Assembly: GCA_965215335.1 (NCBI GenBank)
Contig: CBDCDA010000002.1
Coordinates: 160,001 to 224,000, forward strand
Source of the DNA: an uncultured Candidatus Entotheonella sp.
GTDB taxonomy: Bacteria; Tectomicrobia; Entotheonellia; Entotheonellales; Entotheonellaceae
Direction: 5' to 3'
Length of the DNA stretch: 64,000 nucleotides
The translations under genes and the position numbers were made by a program. The notes beneath the pieces were generated by a model that made no database searches, was not told where the DNA came from, and was given only the letters and a program-made list of their open reading frames with translations. This document shows, piece after piece, positions 52,055 through 61,587 of this stretch; the first letter of the stretch is position 1, and the number at the start of each line of letters is the position of its first letter.

Positions 52055-53131
52055 ATGAAACCTGACGCAAGAGACCTGCAGCCGGCCATTCGTGGGCGCG
52101 GCGCTGCCTCGAATCCTGGCAACCGTTTCGAGCCGCTGTTCTACGCCCCGGAGCCCGATAGCGAGGTGCCGCAGGACACCGCCTTTACCACCGAACTCCT
52201 CCGCGACACGTCACGGTCGGTCCTGGCCTACAACAACAGCCCGGACATCGGCTTTGACGCCAGTATCAACGCGTACCGTGGCTGCGAGCACGGCTGCATC
52301 TACTGCTATGCCAGGCCCACCCACGAATATCTCGGATTCTCTGTCGGTCTCGACTTCGAGACCAAAATCCTGGTCAAGCCCGAAGCCGCGACGCTCCTGC
52401 GCCGGGAGCTGTCGTCGCGTCGCTGGAAATCGCAGGTGGTGGTTCTGAGCGGTGCCACCGACCCCTACCAGCCCGCCGAGCGCCGTCTGCGGCTGACGCG
52501 GGCCTGCCTGGAGGTGCTGGCCGAATTCCGCAACCCGGTGGCCATCATCACCAAGAGCCACCTCGTGACCCGGGATATTGACGTGTTGGGCGAATTGGCG
52601 CGGTATCAGGCGGTGTCGGCGACGCTGTCCGTCACCAGCCTGGACGGCCGGCTCAGCCGCGTGCTCGAACCCAGGGCATCGCACCCCCGGCAACGTCTGG
52701 CGGCCATTGAGACGCTGGCGCAGGCGGGCGTGCCGGTCGGCATGATGGTGGCGCCGGTCATCCCGGGACTGAACGAGCACGAGTTGCCTGCCATTATCGA
52801 AGCCGGCAAGCAGGCCGGCGGGCAGTTCGCCGGCTACACCACGCTGCGGCTGCCGCACGGGGTAGGGCCGCTGTTCGAGCGTTGGCTGGACCAGCACGTC
52901 CCGAATAAAAAGGCCAAAATCCTCAACCGCTTGCGCAGCCTGCGCGGTGGCAAGCTGAACGACAGCCGGTTCGGCAAACGCATGCGCGGCGAAGGGCGAT
53001 ACGCCGAGCAAATCGCCGCCATGTTCGCCCTGGCCTGCCGCAAGGCAGGTTTGGCCAACGAGCACCCGAGGCTCTCGACGGCCGCCTTCCACCGCCCCGT
53101 GGAAGGACAGATGTCGCTGTTCGACAGATAG
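52055..53131 (+). CDS. Radical SAM protein, PA0069/Rv2578c (SplB-like) family
   Basis: GRGAASN, YRGCEHGCIYCYARP, TDPYQPAE, C-terminal QMSLF. Confidence 0.9.
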   Translation: MKPDARDLQPAIRGRGAASNPGNRFEPLFYAPEPDSEVPQDTAFTTELLRDTSRSVLAYNNSPDIGFDASINAYRGCEHGCIYCYARPTHEYLGFSVGLDFETKILVKPEAATLLRRELSSRRWKSQVVVLSGATDPYQPAERRLRLTRACLEVLAEFRNPVAIITKSHLVTRDIDVLGELARYQAVSATLSVTSLDGRLSRVLEPRASHPRQRLAAIETLAQAGVPVGMMVAPVIPGLNEHELPAIIEAGKQAGGQFAGYTTLRLPHGVGPLFERWLDQHVPNKKAKILNRLRSLRGGKLNDSRFGKRMRGEGRYAEQIAAMFALACRKAGLANEHPRLSTAAFHRPVEGQMSLFDR

Positions 53132-53189
53132 GTCGAATAGTACCTGCAAAATAGGACGAAGCACGATCAGTTTCTCATTCATTCAGTCA

Positions 53190-55484
53190 ATGTTGTCCTG
53201 TTACTCTGCTTCCAAATCACGGTCGAACCGTCCTGGATGGTCCATGAGCTTTCGCCATCCACTCCGTCGCGACGCTCGGGGCAAGCTCGGACTGAAAATA
53301 CGTCGAGGGCTTGGAGTCACTGACGAGGCTGAGGCGGACCGCCTTGTCGTGGAAATGAACACGCTGCTCGGAGATCAAACCTGGTGGAATGCGAACAAAC
53401 GGGCTGATGCCGAGCGTAAGTTCTCGAGGGTGACCGTGGCCGCCTTCTACGACGAGATTCAGACTGGACTGGAAGATCCTGAGTCACTCCGCGAGGAGCT
53501 CATCGCACTGCCATCCGCTGAGGATGGCTATTCCCGGGTTCTCTTCGTTGGGACGACGGGCGCCGGCAAGACCTCCCTGTTGAGGCAATTGATCGGTTCG
53601 GATCCAGATAAAGATCGTTTTCCCTCGACAGCACCTGCCAAAACTACCATCGCAGACATTGAGGTGGTCCAGAGCGACGGCGATTACCAAGCTGTGGTGA
53701 CCTTCTTTACCGAATTCCAAATCCAAGCGAATGTTGAAGAGTGCATCGTTGACGCTTGCCTCGCTGTCTCAGAAGGAATGCCAGACGACGAGGTCGCGGA
53801 CCGCCTCCTGAACCACCGAGATCAGAAGTTCAGACTCAGCTACATTTTGGGCGGTTGGGACAAGGCCAACGCCAACGCCCAGGAGGATGACGACTTCTCT
53901 TTCGAGCCCGAAAGACTTGAAACGGGCGATGAAGACAGTGCCCTAAGTTCCGCCGAACGTGCCGGGAACCGTGGTGTCCTTGAAGACTTTCTAGTCCGAA
54001 TCAGAGCGCTGGCCGAGGGGGTGAGGATACGTTTGTCGGATGACTTGGGTGTTGAGCCTGGGAAGATTGTGGGTCCGGACCACGAGGCCGCGGAACAACT
54101 AATTGAGGAGAATTTCGAGGCATATCTAGCCGAGGACGGGAGGTTTCATGAATTGTCTCGAGACGTACTCGATTGCATACGCGAGCGATTCGAGTTGATC
54201 AAAGACGGCCTAGAGCGGCATCGTTCAGGCTGGCCTAAGCGGTGGCAGTTCGTAGATAGTGACCGGGAGCATTTCATCGCTCAGATCCGATGGTTCTCCA
54301 GCAACTATTGGCTCCAGTTTGGTCGGCTCCTTACACCGCTGGTGAATGGTATTCGCGTCAAAGGCCCGCTCTTTCCGCCCTTCACTGAGGGGACGTCCAG
54401 TCTCGTCCTGATCGACGGCCAAGGTCTTGGCCACACGCCAGACTCCTCGTCGAGCCTGACGACGCATATCACTAGGCGGTTTGATCAGGCCGCTGTCATC
54501 CTGCTAGTCGACAACGCACAGCAGCCAATGCAGGCTGCCCCGCTTTCCGTTCTCCGCTCGGTCGCTACCAGCGGTCACAGTGAGAAGTTGGCAGTTGCCT
54601 TTACCCATTTCGATCAGATCAAAGGGGCCAACCTTCGAAACCGAGATGATAAACGCAGCCATGTCATGGCGTCGGTACGGAACGCACTATCCAATCTCCG
54701 TGATGTTCTCGGTGCCCCTATGTCCAAGAGTATCAAGCATGGCATCGACGCTAGGTGCTTCATGTTAGGTGGTGTCGATCGAAATCTCGCACAGTTGCCC
54801 GACCACGCCGCCGAATACATGCGCGCTGAACTGACAAACTTAGTGAAGTTTTGCGAAGACGCCATCCTACCGCCCCCGCCACCAGAAGCGTATCCGATAT
54901 ACGACCCTACCGGCATCGATTTCGCTGTCCGCGAAGCAGCCTCGAAATTCCAAGGCCCTTGGCTCGCGCGCCTCGGACTCGCCACCCATGAAGGAGTCAG
55001 GAAGGAGCACTGGACACGAGTGAAGGCGCTCAACCGGCGGTTCGCTTGTAAGCTTGATGTTGAGTACGACACCCTCCAACCGGTTGCCGATTTTGTGGCG
55101 CGGACGACGGAAGCGATCTCCCGCTTCCTCGACACGCCCATTGACTGGACGCATGATGAGCCCGAGGGCGACCATAAGCAACGAGCGGCAATCACGCCGA
55201 TCCAACGAATCGTGTCAACTAAGATGCACGAATTGGCGCTTCAGCGTCTTATCGAGCAGTCCCTTTCCGAATGGCGAGAGGCCTATGACCTGCGTGGAAC
55301 AGGATCGACGTTTGCTCGCGCTCGAAGGATTCGCGGCATCTACGACGAGGCTATTCCAGTTCCAGATGCTATAATGCCTCCATCTGCAAAGCAGCTCTTG
55401 TTTGAGGTGCGCCGCATCGTGACCGACGCTATCAGGGCGAGCGGTGGCGAAGTAAAATTGTCCGATTACAAGAATCTCTCATAG
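53190..55484 (+). CDS. Large P-loop GTPase, dynamin-like, function unknown
   Basis: G1 GTTGAGKT, G2 TT, G3 LIDGQG, G4 FTHFD; atypical codon usage. Confidence 0.65.
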   Translation: MLSCYSASKSRSNRPGWSMSFRHPLRRDARGKLGLKIRRGLGVTDEAEADRLVVEMNTLLGDQTWWNANKRADAERKFSRVTVAAFYDEIQTGLEDPESLREELIALPSAEDGYSRVLFVGTTGAGKTSLLRQLIGSDPDKDRFPSTAPAKTTIADIEVVQSDGDYQAVVTFFTEFQIQANVEECIVDACLAVSEGMPDDEVADRLLNHRDQKFRLSYILGGWDKANANAQEDDDFSFEPERLETGDEDSALSSAERAGNRGVLEDFLVRIRALAEGVRIRLSDDLGVEPGKIVGPDHEAAEQLIEENFEAYLAEDGRFHELSRDVLDCIRERFELIKDGLERHRSGWPKRWQFVDSDREHFIAQIRWFSSNYWLQFGRLLTPLVNGIRVKGPLFPPFTEGTSSLVLIDGQGLGHTPDSSSSLTTHITRRFDQAAVILLVDNAQQPMQAAPLSVLRSVATSGHSEKLAVAFTHFDQIKGANLRNRDDKRSHVMASVRNALSNLRDVLGAPMSKSIKHGIDARCFMLGGVDRNLAQLPDHAAEYMRAELTNLVKFCEDAILPPPPPEAYPIYDPTGIDFAVREAASKFQGPWLARLGLATHEGVRKEHWTRVKALNRRFACKLDVEYDTLQPVADFVARTTEAISRFLDTPIDWTHDEPEGDHKQRAAITPIQRIVSTKMHELALQRLIEQSLSEWREAYDLRGTGSTFARARRIRGIYDEAIPVPDAIMPPSAKQLLFEVRRIVTDAIRASGGEVKLSDYKNLS

Positions 55485-55515
55485 GTTTCCCTACCTGCCC
55501 ATTGAGGAAATCAGG

Positions 55516-55790
55516 ATGGCTGATCCATCGCAGCAGGGCGACGCGCCGGACCAAGTGAGGCAGGCGAACGCCACGCGCCGTGCGGTGAAAACCCTGGCAG
55601 CCCGTAGTGTCTTGCAATGGAACGGATCCAAGCCTACAGGACTCAGGGGTGTACGAGTACGGCGTCATGCCGTGCCAGAGACGGTCATTGAGGGACGGCG
55701 ATGATTGTGTATATTGGACACCAGCAGCCTCGTAAAGCTGTATGTGGACGAGATTCACAGCGACGTAGTACATCTTGTCCAACCGGTTAC
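55516..55790 (+). pseudogene. Degenerate vapBC toxin-antitoxin pair
   Basis: Antitoxin-like tail W.G.KP..VIE.RR with ATGA overlap to ATG 55701; MIVY, then +1 nt, then LDTSSLVKLYVDE (PIN N-terminus), then truncated. Confidence 0.65.
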
Positions 55791-55827
55791 TTCCCACCAT
55801 AATTCTCAGCCATTAAGGAGAACTCCC

Positions 55828-56346
55828 ATGAAACGACGCAACGCGTTTATCCTGGCCGGGTGCCTCGTGTTTTGCCTCGGCGTGACTTCCGTCAGCGCCA
55901 TGTCGCACGGCGATGGCCTGCCGCGGGTGCCGGCTCTGACGACCGAACTCGCCGAAACCATCGCCATTACCTGTGACGAGTACGCCAAGAAACAGGAAGG
56001 CTGGCGCCCCCTGAACATCGCCATCGTGGACGACGGCGGCGAGCTGTTCTACTTCCGCCGCGACCCCACGTCGTTCAAGGGCAGCATCGAGATCGCCATC
56101 AACAAGGCGTGGACGGCGACGCGCTTCGGCTTTCCGACGCGGGCCATCGGCGGCATCGTCAACCGCGAGCCCGGCAAGGTGCACGGCATTCAGTTCATGG
56201 ATCGCCTGATCATCTTTCCCGGCGGGCTGCCGATCATCGCGGATGGCACGGTCATCGGCGGGGTTGGCGTCAGCGGCGCCACCGGCGACCAGGACGAAGA
56301 GTGTGCCCAGGCGGGGCTCGATGCCGCCAAGGATATGCTGAAGTAG
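55828..56346 (+). CDS. Secreted GlcG/HbpS-family heme-binding protein
   Basis: Signal peptide, IAIVDDGG, AINKAWT, GGLPI, GVGVSG..DEECA; AAGGAG RBS. Confidence 0.85.
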   Translation: MKRRNAFILAGCLVFCLGVTSVSAMSHGDGLPRVPALTTELAETIAITCDEYAKKQEGWRPLNIAIVDDGGELFYFRRDPTSFKGSIEIAINKAWTATRFGFPTRAIGGIVNREPGKVHGIQFMDRLIIFPGGLPIIADGTVIGGVGVSGATGDQDEECAQAGLDAAKDMLK

Positions 56347-56404
56347 ACGTAGCACCCGAGGGTCGGGGCGGTGATGTTGTCCCGGCCTTGTTCCGCGTTG
56401 TGAC

Positions 56405-56713
56405 TCATTCTCCCTGCCAACGGTAGACCTTCAAGTCAATCCGGTCGTTTTCCTCGAAGACTACGCCCTCCGACTCCAGCAGCAGCCGTTGGATGAGCGG
56501 TCTCTCGGCGGGGAAGCGGGGGCTGATCTCGCCCCGATGGTTGATGACGCGCTGCCACGGCACGTCGGTGCCGCGCGGCAGATAGCGCAACGCATAGCCC
56601 ACCGCACGCGCCGATCGCGGACTGCCGAGAAGCGCCGCCACCTGTCCGTATGTCACCACCTTGCCCGGCGGTATCTGCCGAACCAATTCGTACACCTGTT
56701 CGTAGAAATGCAT
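56405..56713 (-). CDS. Alkyltransferase-like protein (ATL, Trp in place of catalytic Cys)
   Basis: IPPGKVVTYGQVA, ARAVG, PWQRV. Confidence 0.88.
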   Translation of the reverse strand: MHFYEQVYELVRQIPPGKVVTYGQVAALLGSPRSARAVGYALRYLPRGTDVPWQRVINHRGEISPRFPAERPLIQRLLLESEGVVFEENDRIDLKVYRWQGE

Positions 56714-56807
56714 CGTGATGACCTGCGGCGGGTTCGTTTGCGCCTATAATGGCGGTAGGTTACGGTAATGTTCTGGGCGCGAAGAAATTTCTCGTTCGGA
56801 GAACGGA

Positions 56808-58265
56808 ATGGATCTCTGCGAACTGCGGCACGTGGTGAATCTGGCACTGGACGTTATCGCCGGGGACCCGTCGTTTCTGGAGGCCGAGGTCTGTGCCTCC
56901 TGGTGCGAACAGCAGATTGTCGAGTTGAACCACGATACCCCCCATCCCGAAAGCGCCGGGCCATCCCTGCGCGACGAAACGGCCTGCGGTTTCAGCATCC
57001 TCCTGGTCATGACCGATGGCGCCGGCCGCAAAGTCGGCTTTGGCGTCGACCGGAACGACCTCTCACGCGACGGTATCGCCCTGGCGTTGGAAATCGCCAA
57101 ACAGAACGCCGTCGCCGATGCGGGTTTTACCAGTCTGCCGAAACCGTCGGAAGCGACCCCTATCGCCCCCCTGCTGCACGATCCGGCGGTCGTGAGCCTG
57201 CCCGTCGACGCCGTCGCCGGGTTGGCCAACGAAGCGCTGGACGGCGCGTTGTCGACCTTCAGGGAATCGGCTGTCGAAGCGCCCTTCCAGGTCAGCGGCG
57301 AGGTGCGCAGCCGTACGGAACTGATAGTAGTCGGCAATTCGCACGGCTTGTTGGCTGAGGATAGCTCGACCTCCCTGCTCGCCACCCTGCACGGGCTTCT
57401 CGGCTCGCAGCAGACCCACGGTGTCGGCAGCCACAGCGCCACGCATCTCAATGATTTCTCACCGCACGACGCCGGCGTCGAAGCGGCCATAGAGGCGCTA
57501 CGGGCGCACGGCGGTACGGCTTTGCCGGCTGGCGAGTACGCTGTTATCTTCGGTCCGCGGGCCGTTGCCGACCTGTGGCAGGACCTCCTGCTGCCGGCCC
57601 TCAGCCTCGACACCCTTGCAAACGGTACCAGCCCCTTCGAAGGTCGATTCGGTCAGCAGATCACCAGCGCCTTTCTGACCGTCGCCGATGAAGGGCGCTT
57701 TCCCGGCCTGGTCGGTAGTCGCTCGATAACCGGCGACGGTTTGCCCACCGGCAGCACCACCCTGATTGCAGACGGTCGTTTGACGGGTTTTCTGGCCGAT
57801 GCCTATCATGCCCAGGCCATGGCGCCGAAATTCGGTCCGCTGCCGCCACATAACGGCATGCGGCACGCCATGAACGGTGAAAGCTTTGCCATGCGCCCCG
57901 GTATTTTCCCCACCAACGTAACCTTCGCCAGCGATGAAGCCGTGCCGCGCGATGCTCTCGTGGTGCCGATAACGAACGGCATTTACGTCGGCGGCCTGTG
58001 GGCCGCGACATTCCGGCACGGTTCGACACCCGGTGACTTCATCGGCACCGTTGTCGGTCCATCCTTTCACATCCACGAAGGCAAACTCATCCGACCTCTG
58101 CAGCCTCGCGCGCTACATATTCGAGATAACGTGCTTGACGTGCTGCAACGCCTTACCGGACTTTCCACCCTGCGACGGCCAGTCGTGTTGACCAGTGGCC
58201 AATCCGTGGTGCTGGCGCCCGAGTTGCGGTGCAGCCAGGTCTCCTTTGTTCAACGCCGAGGATAG
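56808..58265 (+). CDS. TldD/PmbA family protein (PmbA/TldE-like)
   Basis: GEYAVIFGP.AV, DG.PT...LI.DG.L.GFL, no HExxxH motif. Confidence 0.75.
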   Translation: MDLCELRHVVNLALDVIAGDPSFLEAEVCASWCEQQIVELNHDTPHPESAGPSLRDETACGFSILLVMTDGAGRKVGFGVDRNDLSRDGIALALEIAKQNAVADAGFTSLPKPSEATPIAPLLHDPAVVSLPVDAVAGLANEALDGALSTFRESAVEAPFQVSGEVRSRTELIVVGNSHGLLAEDSSTSLLATLHGLLGSQQTHGVGSHSATHLNDFSPHDAGVEAAIEALRAHGGTALPAGEYAVIFGPRAVADLWQDLLLPALSLDTLANGTSPFEGRFGQQITSAFLTVADEGRFPGLVGSRSITGDGLPTGSTTLIADGRLTGFLADAYHAQAMAPKFGPLPPHNGMRHAMNGESFAMRPGIFPTNVTFASDEAVPRDALVVPITNGIYVGGLWAATFRHGSTPGDFIGTVVGPSFHIHEGKLIRPLQPRALHIRDNVLDVLQRLTGLSTLRRPVVLTSGQSVVLAPELRCSQVSFVQRRG

Positions 58266-59002
58266 CGTAGCGCCCAGCCGAGCTGCCGGGCGATGCCGCG
58301 CAGCAGCCGTACGTCGCGGCGTTCAAGACCGGTGCGCTCGAAAATGCGCCGCAAGCCGCTGAGGGCGCGTTCTACCGCCGGTTCGCCGGGAAAGCCTCGT
58401 ATCGAGAACGCCTGCCGGAGGTGCTGGTACATGGCCTCGCTTTCCGCCACGGAAGCGAGCGGCGGTGCGGGCGGCGCGGCGGGGGCATGACGGGGCTGTG
58501 AGATTTCGTAACACACGACCGCTACTGCCTGGGCCAAGTTGAGCGACGTCGCCTCGGGCGCGGTAGGAATTGCTATCAGGTCGTGACAGGCATCGAGTTC
58601 TGCGGTGGTCAGCCCGGCATCTTCCGGTCCGAATACCAGGCCAATCCGGTACTGCTGGCACAACGTCGGCAACTTGTCGCCGAGTTGCCTCGGCGTCAGC
58701 GGCAAGTTGCGGTGTTGGCGCTGGCGCGCCGACGTGCCGGCCAGCCAATGACACGCCGCAGTGGCGACGGCCAGGGTATCATGAACCTCCGCCTCTTCCA
58801 GCAGCTTGCGCGCGCCGCTGGCCCTCATGCGCGCTTCCGGGTGGGGAAACCGCTCGGGAGCCACGAGCGCCAGGCGAGTGAAGCCCATGTTGCGCATCAC
58901 GCGCGCCACCGATCCGATATTGCCCGGACTTCGTGGGCGCACGAGGATGATGCTGACATGGTTCGTATCAAGTGCGAAACTCATGCGCGGCGTGCTCTCC
59001 AC
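58250..59002 (-). CDS. trmJ: TrmJ/LasT-family tRNA methyltransferase
   Basis: PGNIGSVARVMRNMG, VFGPEDAGL, SLNLAQAV. Confidence 0.88.
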   Translation of the reverse strand: MESTPRMSFALDTNHVSIILVRPRSPGNIGSVARVMRNMGFTRLALVAPERFPHPEARMRASGARKLLEEAEVHDTLAVATAACHWLAGTSARQRQHRNLPLTPRQLGDKLPTLCQQYRIGLVFGPEDAGLTTAELDACHDLIAIPTAPEATSLNLAQAVAVVCYEISQPRHAPAAPPAPPLASVAESEAMYQHLRQAFSIRGFPGEPAVERALSGLRRIFERTGLERRDVRLLRGIARQLGWALRYPRR

Positions 59003-59030
59003 GAGCTTCCTGGCGTTGCCGGAAGCGCGT

Positions 59031-60563
59031 TTAGCCGAACAGGGTCTTGGGTGCGATGCGGTACTTCTTCAACTTGTAGCCGAGTTGCCTGGGAGTGATG
59101 CCGAGCAGCATGGCGGCCCGCGTCTGCACGCCGCCGCTCGTCTGCAGGGCCTTGATGAGCCGCTCGCACTCGATTTCAGCCACGGCCTTGGGAAGCGTAG
59201 ACGAACGGGTTTCGGGAGGGGGGGGCGCCGGTGGTGCGGGCACTGCAGCCAGTGGGGCCGGATTCAGGTTCATGGAAAGCGGTACGTCCTCTGGCGCCAC
59301 GATATCCCGTCGGGTCATCACGACCATGCGCTCGACGCAATTTTCCAGCTCTCGAACGTTGCCGGGCCAGTCGTACTCGACGATCGAGTCCATGGCGGCG
59401 GACGAAATTTTCAGATTCCTGCGATTCTCCGCATTGAAGCGCCTCAGGAAATAGCCCACCAGAGACGGAATGTCTTCGCGCCGCTCGCGCAGGGAGGGCA
59501 GCACGATGGGCACGACGTGCAGGCGGTAGTAGAGGTCTTCGCGGAACCGCCGGTGACGCACGGCTTCTTCCAGATCGACGTTCGTGGCTGCGATGATGCG
59601 CACGTCGACCGAGATCGGGCGGTGGCCGCCGACGCGCTCGAAGTTGCGCTCCTGCAGGACGCGCAACAGCTTCACCTGCATGGCCAGGCTCATGTCGCCG
59701 ATTTCGTCGAGCAACAAGGTGCCGTTGTCCGCCAGCTCGAAACGACCGCGCCGCGTTTTGACCGCCCCGGTAAAGGCGCCTTTTTCGTGCCCGAACAGTT
59801 CGCTCTCCAGCAGGGTTTCCGGCAGCGCGGCGCAGTTGAGCTTGACGAACGGCTGCTGGCGCCGCGTACTCGACTTGTGCAGCGCACGCGCGACCAATTC
59901 CTTGCCGGTGCCGCTCTCGCCGCGCAGCAGGATGGTCGAACGACTGTTGGCCGCCTGCTGAATCTCGTGCATGATGGCTTTCATGCGCGGGCTCTGGCCA
60001 ATGATCTGATCCGGGTTGTAACTGGCGGAGAGCCCGGCGGCGGTATCGCTGGCGGTGTCGTGCGCCTTGAGGCGTTCCTGCATGCTGGCGGTTTGCAGGT
60101 GGCAACCGAGAACGGTGCCGACGACGTTCAGACACGTCAGGGCGGCTTTCAGCGGCACGGCCGGCTGCTTGGGGCAGAAAAACACCATGACGCCGACGGC
60201 TTGATGCACGCCCGTCAAGGGCGTTGACAGGACCATGCCTTCGGCGGCCCGGTCCGGTCCACCGCCGGGCAGCACCGTATGGCGGGCAGTGGCTTCGCCG
60301 TGCGCTTCAACGCCGTCAACGAGTTCCCGGCCCATTTGAATGATCTGTCTCTGAGCGTCCCCGTGGGCCCACTCCTGCTGCCGCTTGGGGGAGGCGTCCG
60401 CCAACACGATGGCGCCGCCGCGCGCCCCCAGCACGTCGTTCAGCGTGTGCAGAGCGCGTTCGAGGGTAGTGAATGGGTTGCGGCTGTCGCGCACCAACTG
60501 CGCGATCTGTTCGAGCCGTTGCATGGTCCCGTTCAGTACCGCAGAACCAGCCGATTTTGCCAT
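59031..60563 (-). CDS. Sigma54-dependent transcriptional activator (GAF-like + AAA+ + Fis HTH, NifA-like architecture)
   Basis: GESGTGKE, ESELFGHEKGAFTGA, LDEIG, WPGNVREL, C-terminal HTH. Confidence 0.9.
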   Translation of the reverse strand: MAKSAGSAVLNGTMQRLEQIAQLVRDSRNPFTTLERALHTLNDVLGARGGAIVLADASPKRQQEWAHGDAQRQIIQMGRELVDGVEAHGEATARHTVLPGGGPDRAAEGMVLSTPLTGVHQAVGVMVFFCPKQPAVPLKAALTCLNVVGTVLGCHLQTASMQERLKAHDTASDTAAGLSASYNPDQIIGQSPRMKAIMHEIQQAANSRSTILLRGESGTGKELVARALHKSSTRRQQPFVKLNCAALPETLLESELFGHEKGAFTGAVKTRRGRFELADNGTLLLDEIGDMSLAMQVKLLRVLQERNFERVGGHRPISVDVRIIAATNVDLEEAVRHRRFREDLYYRLHVVPIVLPSLRERREDIPSLVGYFLRRFNAENRRNLKISSAAMDSIVEYDWPGNVRELENCVERMVVMTRRDIVAPEDVPLSMNLNPAPLAAVPAPPAPPPPETRSSTLPKAVAEIECERLIKALQTSGGVQTRAAMLLGITPRQLGYKLKKYRIAPKTLFG

Positions 60564-60681
60564 CCTGACAGCCCTCCTCGGCAGAAGATTCTTCAATCTG
60601 CACTCCCAATGGGATATACGTTATCACGGTGGAGGTCAAGCGTCGCGGGAGGTTTTCGTGCGTCAGTCCCTGTTGCATTTG

Positions 60682-60697
60682 TGCCGGAATCGTGCCA
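60682..60697 (-). promoter_or_regulatory. Possible sigma54 (-24/-12) promoter
   Basis: TGGCACGATTCCGGCA has correct GG-N10-GC spacing but lacks TT before GC. Confidence 0.3.
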
Positions 60698-60743
60698 CGG
60701 TCAGATCGGGCAGCATGAGACCTCGTGAGCCTGTGGAGCGAGT

Positions 60744-61466
60744 ATGCGGAACTACGATGCGGTATTTTTCGATGCGGCGAATACCCTTTTGTACCCCTAT
60801 CCATCCATGAGCGCCGTCTACGCCGAGGTGGCCGCGCGGTATGGCGTGACGACGACGGCCGACGCGGTGCAGACGGCCTTTCGCCGGGCGTGGGGCGAGG
60901 CCCAAGCAGCCACCGACCCAGTGCGCTATGGCTTCGGCGAACCCGATGGGCGCCGCTTCTGGCACGCCTTGGTGCACGCCACCTTTACGCAGATCGCGCT
61001 GCCCGGGGACTTCGAGGCGTTCTTTGACGAGTTGTATTGGGTCTTTTCGCAACCGACCGTCTGGCGGCTTTACCCGGAATGCCTCAATGTGCTTCAAACC
61101 CTCCGCCAGCGGGGGTACACTGTCGGCATTATTTCCAACTGGGACATCAGGCTGCTGGACCTGTTGCACGGCCTGGGGCTGATGTCCTGCGTTCAGCACG
61201 TCAGCATCTCCGCCGTGGTCGGGTGGGAGAAGCCGCACGGCAACATTTTTACGTACGCGCTCGACGCCGTCGGCGTGGCCCCGGCGCGTGCCGTGCACAT
61301 TGGGGACAGCCTGCACGCCGACGTGCATGGCGCACGGCAAGCCGGCATGCAGCCGCTGTGGTTGCGGCGGGACGGTGACGCGCACCGCGCTGGCGCGCCT
61401 GGCGATGATGAGGTGATACACGACCTCAACGGCGTTCTCGATTGGCTAGCGAAGCACGACGGGTAG
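60744..61466 (+). CDS. HAD-IA family hydrolase
   Basis: FDAANTL, ISNWD, EKP, HIGDS..AD..GA. Confidence 0.88.
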   Translation: MRNYDAVFFDAANTLLYPYPSMSAVYAEVAARYGVTTTADAVQTAFRRAWGEAQAATDPVRYGFGEPDGRRFWHALVHATFTQIALPGDFEAFFDELYWVFSQPTVWRLYPECLNVLQTLRQRGYTVGIISNWDIRLLDLLHGLGLMSCVQHVSISAVVGWEKPHGNIFTYALDAVGVAPARAVHIGDSLHADVHGARQAGMQPLWLRRDGDAHRAGAPGDDEVIHDLNGVLDWLAKHDG

Positions 61467-61587
61467 ATTCCGGCACGTTGCGCCGTCCAGTGCCTGTTGG
61501 TATTGTTACCGCACTTTCCGTATCCGCATTTGAATTCATCGGCGATGGGCTGTTTGGCTCGATGGACAGCGCGTTTAGGAGTTACGC

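Noticed and set aside
56358..56390. Hairpin between converging glcG-like and atl genes
   Set aside because: Depends on many G-U pairs and has no U-tract; too weak to call
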